Source: Promethearchaeota archaeon (lineage in GTDB: Archaea; Asgardarchaeota; Lokiarchaeia; Sigyniarchaeales; SOKP01). Taken from it: DNA of 13,681 nt. A program made the translations under genes and the position numbers. Numbering within the stretch: the stretch's first letter is position 1; the number at the start of each line of letters is the position of its first letter. Of this stretch, positions 6,532 through 13,681 are shown one piece after another. The DNA is taken from NCBI GenBank assembly GCA_004524535.1, contig SDNY01000099.1:1-13681 (forward strand), written 5' to 3'. Under the pieces are notes generated by a model. The model did not search any database and was not told where the DNA came from. It was given only the letters and a program-made list of their open reading frames with translations.

Positions 6532-9102
6532 GTGATAATTTTCCCCCAAAATCCGATATGGTTTTCAATTAAGTTTATTAATAACATGAGAAAGCATGAA
6601 AAATGTGCCTATAAACCATCAATTCGGCAGGCCATTGCAATAAGCAAGTTGATTTTAGCCAGATATCTAAATCGTGGGATTTGCTTAAGTGATGATTTTG
6701 TTGAAATTGCTGTAATAACGAGCCCTTTAGAAAATCAATCGCTTGCTCGAAAGGTCGCAACAGAAATATTAAGTTATAATGAAGCTGCCAAAGTTAAAAT
6801 TCTCGATCCTATGAGTATTGATCCAAATCTCTTTAGTGAAGTTACAGGATCAGACCTAATTAGTGAATTTGATGAGGAAGAATTAAGTGAACTGGAAGAT
6901 GTCCTTGATGATTTTGAATTTTTAAGCAGTTTTTTTGATGAATTAATACAATCAGACATGGAAACAATTCTAGATTCATTAAAAAATAACTTTTTTGAGA
7001 AATATGGAGACATGTTATTTGAAGACCCATATAAAGCAGCTATCGAATTTTTATTAAAAAACTCATTTGAAAATTTCGATATTCTTAAAGATTTGAATGA
7101 TTTAATTGAAACTGCAAAAAAAATGCTTAAAGAAAAATTAAATCATTTGGACCCGGAAGATATTCAATATACTGAAAAACTTGATTTATTAGATGAGATA
7201 ATTGATGGGTCCGAAAGTTTTAGGGAGAAGCTCTCAGCTAATTTGGCAAAAAATGGTGATTTTGATAAATTTCTAAATGATTTAGAGGAAAAACTACGAG
7301 GAAACTTCTTTGAAGGATTAGGTGCTTTAAATTTTGGATTAAGCGCTGGATTATTAGATGATGAGAACCAACAAGCAGTTAAAGAGATGTTGAAAAGCAT
7401 TTTTACGCAGGTCGAAAAAAATATAAACGATTTACTTGAGGCTTCAAGGGTCATGGGGACCAAATTGGGATTGAATAAAGAGGAATTAGAACAGATAATA
7501 GAAAATAGCATGGATTATCCATTTGATGATACTTATAATGCTATAAAAAACCTTGATCAATATTTTGGAGAACAATTATGTGATGATTTCTTGAATAAAA
7601 TGGCTAATAGCATTGATGACTTAGAGATGGATGAGGATTTAATAGAAAGTTTAATATCTAATCCAACTAGAACACCATCATGGCGCCAACTTTTAAAAAA
7701 TCGTATCGATAATAAAGTTAAATCCATTTTAGAGAATAATGATTACCAAGAAACTATAAGCAGCGATTTAAAAAACTTTACTAATAAAATAATTTCTGAG
7801 AAGGGAAAGTGCTTTGATTTAGCTTGTAGATCTCAAATAAATGATTTAACTTCTGATCTAGTGAATACCTCAATTGAAAACTCTTGGAATCCTGACGATC
7901 TCACAAATTCAGTAACCCACTATAATGAACAAGGAATTCATCCAGATATTAATTCTATAAAAAATACGGGTAAAAGGCTCAATATGAGCAATGCTGAAAT
8001 AATGCGTTTAATCTCTTCAGATTATCAAGTGTTGGAAGAAATGATTGAGGAAGGCATGCAAGATTACAATGCCTATAAAAATATTTTAAACAACCTTAAT
8101 TTAAACTATCCAGAAGTGAATAATCTCGTTCAATTATCATTGAAGGGAAATGATCCATCCACCTATAATTTAGAAGCTTTAAGTGCACTATCTGAAAAAT
8201 ATTTATCAAATGTATTAAATTCAGCTAATTCTCTTGGATCTGATAAACTCAATGCTGTATTATCTTCATTAGGTGCAGGAAGTGGATTAGATCTTCTAGA
8301 ACAATGGTTTTATTCGAGACATAATCTTCCTCCACGTGTGAAAAATAAGCTAAAAGAGATTATTAAGCAGATAATGATTGATTTAGGTATTAGATCAGCT
8401 AATTCTTTAATAGGTTCAGCTAATTCTGGACCGTTGGTTGAAAATGTTGTGATCCCATATAATATTGGTGATGATTTTGATTTAATTGATTTAGAAGAGA
8501 CCGTAAGCAATCTCTTAGATGGGGGAAAAACCATCGAAATGATTGAAGAAGATGATTTTTTGGTCTCTAAAACAACTGAAGGCCTTCGATGCTTAGTAAT
8601 GGAGCTAGATATAAGCGGAAGCATGATCGGGGAAAAGTTAGCACAGATGGCTTTATGTACAACAATGTTAATCTATGCATTTAAACCTGAAGAACTTGCA
8701 CTTACCTTTTTTGAATCAAATACACATAAATTAAAAAATTTAGATGAAGAAATTGAGATTGAAAAAGTTGCTGATGAACTCCTTGATATTGAAGCTAGAG
8801 GCGGTACTTGTATTCATTCCGCATTAGAATGGGCAAATCTTCAATTCGATAAAAAAGCTAGGTCTAAATATAAGTTAAATATTTTATTTACGGATGCAGA
8901 TGTTTTTGATTTTTATGAGAGCAAGAGAGAATTGGAAAAAATGAAAGATGGCGATATCAGATTTGTCATGGTTGTACCTCAATTTCATTATTCTCCTGTC
9001 ATGGCAAAAAATATGGTAACTGAAGCGAATGGTGTATTATTAACATTAGATCAATGGAGAAATTTCCCAAAACTAATTTCTGATATTATCTCAAATCAAT
9101 AA
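6532..9102 (+). CDS. VWA-domain protein (MoxR partner) with a long acidic helical N-terminal region
   Basis: C-terminal MIDAS motif LDISGSM, GGT and ILFTD, preceded by the IDLEETV motif typical of MoxR-associated VWA proteins. It starts 31 bp after the ATPase. The GTG start is uncertain. Confidence 0.9.
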   Translation: MIIFPQNPIWFSIKFINNMRKHEKCAYKPSIRQAIAISKLILARYLNRGICLSDDFVEIAVITSPLENQSLARKVATEILSYNEAAKVKILDPMSIDPNLFSEVTGSDLISEFDEEELSELEDVLDDFEFLSSFFDELIQSDMETILDSLKNNFFEKYGDMLFEDPYKAAIEFLLKNSFENFDILKDLNDLIETAKKMLKEKLNHLDPEDIQYTEKLDLLDEIIDGSESFREKLSANLAKNGDFDKFLNDLEEKLRGNFFEGLGALNFGLSAGLLDDENQQAVKEMLKSIFTQVEKNINDLLEASRVMGTKLGLNKEELEQIIENSMDYPFDDTYNAIKNLDQYFGEQLCDDFLNKMANSIDDLEMDEDLIESLISNPTRTPSWRQLLKNRIDNKVKSILENNDYQETISSDLKNFTNKIISEKGKCFDLACRSQINDLTSDLVNTSIENSWNPDDLTNSVTHYNEQGIHPDINSIKNTGKRLNMSNAEIMRLISSDYQVLEEMIEEGMQDYNAYKNILNNLNLNYPEVNNLVQLSLKGNDPSTYNLEALSALSEKYLSNVLNSANSLGSDKLNAVLSSLGAGSGLDLLEQWFYSRHNLPPRVKNKLKEIIKQIMIDLGIRSANSLIGSANSGPLVENVVIPYNIGDDFDLIDLEETVSNLLDGGKTIEMIEEDDFLVSKTTEGLRCLVMELDISGSMIGEKLAQMALCTTMLIYAFKPEELALTFFESNTHKLKNLDEEIEIEKVADELLDIEARGGTCIHSALEWANLQFDKKARSKYKLNILFTDADVFDFYESKRELEKMKDGDIRFVMVVPQFHYSPVMAKNMVTEANGVLLTLDQWRNFPKLISDIISNQ

Positions 9103-9122
9103 CGATTGAAGTGTAAAATAGA

Positions 9123-11450
9123 TTGGAATTTAAGGAAAATATTAAAAATATAGAATTATTTAAACGTCGTGTAATAGGAGCCAGATTGAGTAGAGGCAGA
9201 AGTATTCCGTCAAAAAATATTATTGATTTTAGTGTCTCTAAATCCCCTTCTGTGAGAGTAATTGCTAATATTTTAGGCTCTGAAAATCGTAGTTATGTTA
9301 TCAACATTTTTCAGGATGAGAAAAATATCATTAATATCATTCATGATTGTCCAGATTTTCGGAAGGGAAATAGTTTCTGTAAGCATATTGTGAAGATTTT
9401 ATCCATATTAGAATATGAAATATGTGCTCATATCTGTAAAGATCTTCAAAATATTAAATTTTCATCTAATTTTAATTTAGTTAAGGAAAGTAAAATCGAT
9501 AGTTATATCTTAAAAGCGAATGAATTATTAAATGAAAAAAAAATAGAGGAAGCAATTGGATATTTAAATCAAGCGTATGAAAATTCAAAAGATCAAGTAT
9601 ATATAGAAAAAATAATTGAAATTTCATTGGAGAATGAAATTTATTACCACTTTCTAAATTATATAAAACTTAACGAGGATTTAATTAACTTTCATTCAAA
9701 ACACTTGCCAAAAGTAATAAAACTCGAAATCGGTAAGATTCAAGAATATGATTTTCAAAAACAAATTAATCTTGCTTTTAGCATACAAGATATTCTAATA
9801 AAATTACCAAAAAACAAAATAAAGGATATATTTAGCAATATCGATTTAAAAAGATTAAATTCATTTATCTTACGTTATATTCTAATATCTAAATTTAAAG
9901 ACCTCATTTATGTTGAAGATTTTTTTCAAAATGAGTTAAAGTTAAAAGATGATTTAGAGTCTTTCGCACAGAATTTTATTACAGAAGCTTTAAATGAGTC
10001 AATAATGAATATGGAAACAGAGGATATAATCAATTCTTATCAAGAGATCATTAATCGATATGATTTCAGTAACAAAAACCAATTATTAATGGAAATTGAG
10101 AGATATAGAAAAAAAATAAAGAACTTATATAAGGATGGATTAAAATTAAAACATGCCTTTCTAAGATCACTTGTTATTTCGAATTTTCAGAAAGATACAT
10201 TGAGAACCATGCCTTTTTCCTTTAGATATAGATGGCCTAATTTAGTATGGACAAGCCCTTATAAAAGTGAAAGTCAGCTCCATTATTTTATTTTAGAAAA
10301 ATGTGGATTTGAAAGACATCATTTGGAATATGTAAATAAGAAATTTTTCATAGAAAACTTTCCTATTTTTAGTGGTATATTTGGAGCCAAGAATATTTTT
10401 CCGAAGGAGGTTAAAGATTTTTGGAGCGTAAATGATCCTAAAATTGAAAATTCTATTTTTGATTCGCACCATCTTGAAGTAGATTTTGACATTATTCATA
10501 AATCTTTGAATGATTACATGTTAATCGAATGGGATTTGGTACAAGCTCCTATTTTAGGGAGTTATATTTATCAATTTGATCAAGGTTTTATTATTCCTGA
10601 TTTGACTCATCCATTAACCTATAATATACAACCATTTGATCTATATATTTGTCTTAAAAAACCCATTAATATCAAGCAGAATAACACCAAGATTATTAGA
10701 CCAATAAGAAAGATCAATGTTAAGACAGCTATAGAATTTGTACATAATGGAATTGAGTTTATTACTACTTATTTGCCATTTCAAGTAATAATTGAGTTGA
10801 AAAATAAAAAGATTGATGAAATTGACGCTTGGAAGCACATTAATCAGCAAATGGATCAATTATTTTCTCCTAAGAAGAATAAATTTAAACAATACATGAG
10901 TGATTTTATTCAAACTCAAATAAATAAAGATTTTAATGAATTTTATTTGAAGATAGTCGACAAGGAAAAAAATAGACAGAAAGTTTTGGATCTTATTGGT
11001 TTTAAGCATTATTTTGAGATATTTAACAAAAGAATAGCTTTACAAAAGTTTAAGATTGGAAATCTAAAAAGAAATTCACTTCAAGAGTTAAAGGTTGATT
11101 TAAAGAATTTTGTGGTTGAAGAAATAGTAAAAATAGTGAAACAAAAAAGATTTAATCAAATTAATATTAAAAAATTAAAGGAATTTCCAGCTTTCAAAAA
11201 TCTTTCGCTTAAAATAATTCAATTGCTAAAAGATGAATTAGAGGAATGTAAGATTTATAAAATTGAAGCATCTAAATACGATATAACTGAATTACTTGAA
11301 AATTATTACGGGAAGAAAATTGTCGAAGGGTCCGAAATAACAATTTTGAATGATGAAAAAATGTCTTTAGTTTCAACTGAAGATCTGAAAAAATTACTCT
11401 CAAACTTTTCATTTTTAAAAATTGACAATCCAGAAATAACACATAGATAA
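9123..11450 (+). CDS. 775-aa protein with an N-terminal SWIM-type zinc finger and a TPR-like helical hairpin
   Basis: GSENRSYVINI...HDCPDF...FCKHIVKIL is a SWIM pattern with His in place of the first Cys. KANELLNEKKIEEAIGYLNQAYE is TPR-like. The TTG start lies 20 bp after the VWA stop. Confidence 0.8.
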   Translation: MEFKENIKNIELFKRRVIGARLSRGRSIPSKNIIDFSVSKSPSVRVIANILGSENRSYVINIFQDEKNIINIIHDCPDFRKGNSFCKHIVKILSILEYEICAHICKDLQNIKFSSNFNLVKESKIDSYILKANELLNEKKIEEAIGYLNQAYENSKDQVYIEKIIEISLENEIYYHFLNYIKLNEDLINFHSKHLPKVIKLEIGKIQEYDFQKQINLAFSIQDILIKLPKNKIKDIFSNIDLKRLNSFILRYILISKFKDLIYVEDFFQNELKLKDDLESFAQNFITEALNESIMNMETEDIINSYQEIINRYDFSNKNQLLMEIERYRKKIKNLYKDGLKLKHAFLRSLVISNFQKDTLRTMPFSFRYRWPNLVWTSPYKSESQLHYFILEKCGFERHHLEYVNKKFFIENFPIFSGIFGAKNIFPKEVKDFWSVNDPKIENSIFDSHHLEVDFDIIHKSLNDYMLIEWDLVQAPILGSYIYQFDQGFIIPDLTHPLTYNIQPFDLYICLKKPINIKQNNTKIIRPIRKINVKTAIEFVHNGIEFITTYLPFQVIIELKNKKIDEIDAWKHINQQMDQLFSPKKNKFKQYMSDFIQTQINKDFNEFYLKIVDKEKNRQKVLDLIGFKHYFEIFNKRIALQKFKIGNLKRNSLQELKVDLKNFVVEEIVKIVKQKRFNQINIKKLKEFPAFKNLSLKIIQLLKDELEECKIYKIEASKYDITELLENYYGKKIVEGSEITILNDEKMSLVSTEDLKKLLSNFSFLKIDNPEITHR

Positions 11451-11571
11451 ATTAAATTTTCATAAAGTGGTTCAAGTTTAATATTTTTAGCTTTTATTGT
11501 GACAGATATGTTTAAATATAGTTTAGAAGATCTTATAATCAAGAAAAAATGTATGCAAATGGTGAAATACA

Positions 11572-12843
11572 GTGGATAGACCAATAGAAAATCGAGAATT
11601 ATTAAATTATTTGTTCCAATCACTTTCAGTAGGTGATCTAAAGCAATATTGTAAAGAATTAAGTTTAAAGGGATATTCTAAATTAAATAAAGACGCATTA
11701 GTTGATTTTATATTGGATTCAATGTCGGAAGAAGAACTAGAAAATTTACTCCAAGAAAAAGAATTATCAATTATCTCAAAAAGTATAGATGTGGCTTTGA
11801 ATAAAATTAATAAATTGGATCGCGAGAGCATTAGAGAGATTAGGATTGCAAACGAAGAAGAACATGAAGTAGAAATTGATTTTGTTGGCCCAAGATGGGA
11901 GTCAAGCTCTTTTATTTCAATATCCCCAGAAAATATTGATGAACCTGAGAGGGATTGCGATTGTAGAGTTGGATCAAAAATGGGATTTTGTAATCATTTT
12001 TGGATTGGATTTATTTTCTCTTTAAAAAAGGGATATTTTGAACTTAAGGACTGGAAACTTACACAGCTACCAGAAAATTTTAAGGAAAATATTAAAAATA
12101 TTGAAATTGAAGAAATTAATGGAAGATTTAATCTAATTAACAAGGAACCTGATAATCCTTTACTTACGCTTTTGGATAAAAAAGTATCCGTTCATGAGGG
12201 AGTAATTCAAACTATTAACAAAAGAACATCTGATTTTCAAGGAAATATTACCGTTTATTACATGACAACATTAATTAATGTTAAAATTGGACCATTTGTT
12301 AAGAAGAAGGATGATTTAAAAGAAGAAAATATCATTTCTATTGATGAGATGAAATTAAGAATTAGTGAAAAAGCATATAATGCAGTTAATCCTAAGAAAG
12401 GAGACAATCTAAGCTGTAATGGGACTTTAGTTAAAGATAATTTTATTGGCATCATGATGAAAAGGGTATCTGGAATAAATACAGGTAAGGGTGATACTGA
12501 GCAAAATCCAGTTTTATACTATTTAGGTGAGAGAATTACTGTTTATGAATCAGAGATTACTGAAATGGAAAAAAAAGAGTATAAATTCCGTGGTGACTAT
12601 GATACTGTATATTATCTAACTTCTTTGAAAGATGTAAGATTTGGCCCTCAATTAAAGAAGAAAAGTGAGTATGATGAGAATAAAATTGAAAATATTAATG
12701 AATTAAAGATGAGGATCAGCGAAAATATATATGATAAGCTAGGTCCTAAAATAGGAGATAAAATATCTTGCAACGGAACAGTAGATAATGATAGTTTTTT
12801 CGGCACTATATTAAAAAGAGTAGCAAAATTCACAAAGTTATAA
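11572..12843 (+). CDS. 423-aa protein: HeH (Rho-N/SAP-like) domain, SWIM zinc finger and two tandem OB-fold-like domains
   Basis: LSVGDLKQYCKELSLKGYSKLNKDALVDFI is a Rho-N/HeH pattern. DCDC-x8-CNH is a SWIM finger. The C-terminal beta-rich domain is duplicated. Confidence 0.8.
   Translation: MDRPIENRELLNYLFQSLSVGDLKQYCKELSLKGYSKLNKDALVDFILDSMSEEELENLLQEKELSIISKSIDVALNKINKLDRESIREIRIANEEEHEVEIDFVGPRWESSSFISISPENIDEPERDCDCRVGSKMGFCNHFWIGFIFSLKKGYFELKDWKLTQLPENFKENIKNIEIEEINGRFNLINKEPDNPLLTLLDKKVSVHEGVIQTINKRTSDFQGNITVYYMTTLINVKIGPFVKKKDDLKEENIISIDEMKLRISEKAYNAVNPKKGDNLSCNGTLVKDNFIGIMMKRVSGINTGKGDTEQNPVLYYLGERITVYESEITEMEKKEYKFRGDYDTVYYLTSLKDVRFGPQLKKKSEYDENKIENINELKMRISENIYDKLGPKIGDKISCNGTVDNDSFFGTILKRVAKFTKL
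12154..12840 (+). repeat. Diverged internal domain duplication (about 110 aa x2; units start at 12154 and 12505)
   Basis: TVYYMTTLINVKIGP..KKK..EMKLRISEKAY..PKKGDNLSCNGT..D.FIG..MKRV aligns with TVYYLTSLKDVRFGP..KKK..ELKMRISENIY..PKIGDKISCNGT..D.FFG..LKRV. Confidence 0.9.
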
Positions 12844-12942
12844 GATATAACAAGTTCATTTAATCTTTTTTTTCTCACCTAAAGATTGAGAAAACCAAAT
12901 TTGTTTAAATTTTTTTAAATATCTTAAAATCTTATGATTACC

Positions 12943-13681
12943 ATGGCTCGAACATATATAATGGCAAGACATTCTACAGGTAATATGATATATACTTATG
13001 AATTTATTGTTGTTATTATTATTCTTATTATTCTAATACTTTTTTGGAAGTTAAGAGATGATAGAAATTCGCTTTTCGTTTATATTATTACAGGTGTTGT
13101 AGAAACAATCGTTGAATTACTAGCGGCCTTCTCTGGAATTCGAACAATTGAAGAGACATATTTATTTGGAGTATTTTATGTTGGATTTCCCTTATTACAA
13201 GTAATTATGGGATTTTTTGAAGGAGGAGTTATATGTATAATAGCATATCACCTTATACAGGGAATAATGCTAAAAAATAAACTTTCTTTAAAATTTTCAC
13301 TCAGTTATCTCATAGTTACAACTGTTATAATGATGTTTTCAAGAGTGAGCGTGTTTTTCAATGTATCACAAGATTCTAATAGCATTACAAGAAGAGAAAT
13401 CTTTTCATTAGGCTCAATTATACTTCTTATTAGTTGTTTTGTAATTTCTTTTAGTTATTTCTTTATAAATAAAAGAATTGATAAAAGGGATCGAATAAGT
13501 TTTTTACTATGGTATTTATTCATTATGGTTGCATATTTTCCAGTGTTTCTAATCTCTCATATTACAATGACTCGTTTTATTGAAATTGAGCAAAATGGAA
13601 CATATAAAGTAGCCCCTTTATTAGATCAAATTCTTGTCTTATATATCTATGGTTTAGGAATAGAAGCAGGAAGCTTATTTC
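12943..13681 (+). CDS. 3'-truncated multi-pass membrane protein, hypothetical (not in the ORF track)
   Basis: The frame is open from ATG 12943 (alternative 12934) to the window end: MARTYIMARHSTGNMIYTYEFIVVIIILIILILFWK..., with about six or seven hydrophobic segments. Confidence 0.85.
   Translation, partial: MARTYIMARHSTGNMIYTYEFIVVIIILIILILFWKLRDDRNSLFVYIITGVVETIVELLAAFSGIRTIEETYLFGVFYVGFPLLQVIMGFFEGGVICIIAYHLIQGIMLKNKLSLKFSLSYLIVTTVIMMFSRVSVFFNVSQDSNSITRREIFSLGSIILLISCFVISFSYFFINKRIDKRDRISFLLWYLFIMVAYFPVFLISHITMTRFIEIEQNGTYKVAPLLDQILVLYIYGLGIEAGSLF

Noticed and set aside
9129-12101. 23-bp exact match TTTAAGGAAAATATTAAAAATAT (9129-9151 and 12079-12101; FKENIKNI in both SWIM proteins)
   Set aside because: It is very AT-rich, sits at non-equivalent protein positions and has no extended similarity. 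It is most likely chance.
1122-12878. Short antisense or overlapping ORFs in the track (e.g. 1122-1358, 3815-4033, 4150-4527, 4784-5044, 5786-6091, 7164-7511, 8310-8624, 11306-11623)
   Set aside because: They are shadows of well-supported genes on the opposite strand, mostly with Ser/Phe/Ile-rich antisense composition and no motifs.

Overview
AT-rich archaeal window, probably Asgard (Lokiarchaeia-like); the taxonomy is inferred from protein style only. The main result is that the acetyl-CoA synthase beta subunit gene (cdhC, 3042-4534), which the ORF track splits into two pieces, is one gene interrupted by two tiny inserts: 3640-3669 (30 nt, in-frame TGA) and 3790-3818 (29 nt, frameshifting). 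Each insert folds with its flanks into a bulge-helix-bulge (BHB) motif. Cutting at the canonical tRNA-splicing-endonuclease positions restores a 477-aa CdhC with all A-cluster cysteines, so these are candidate EndA-spliced pre-mRNA introns in a core Wood-Ljungdahl gene. The window also holds the 3' part of a large protein (ubiquitin-like domain, GIY-YIG-like nuclease, HTH-like tail) followed by a small possible partner gene. Further along are a hypothetical gene, a MoxR AAA+ ATPase/VWA pair, two SWIM zinc-finger proteins and a truncated membrane protein.
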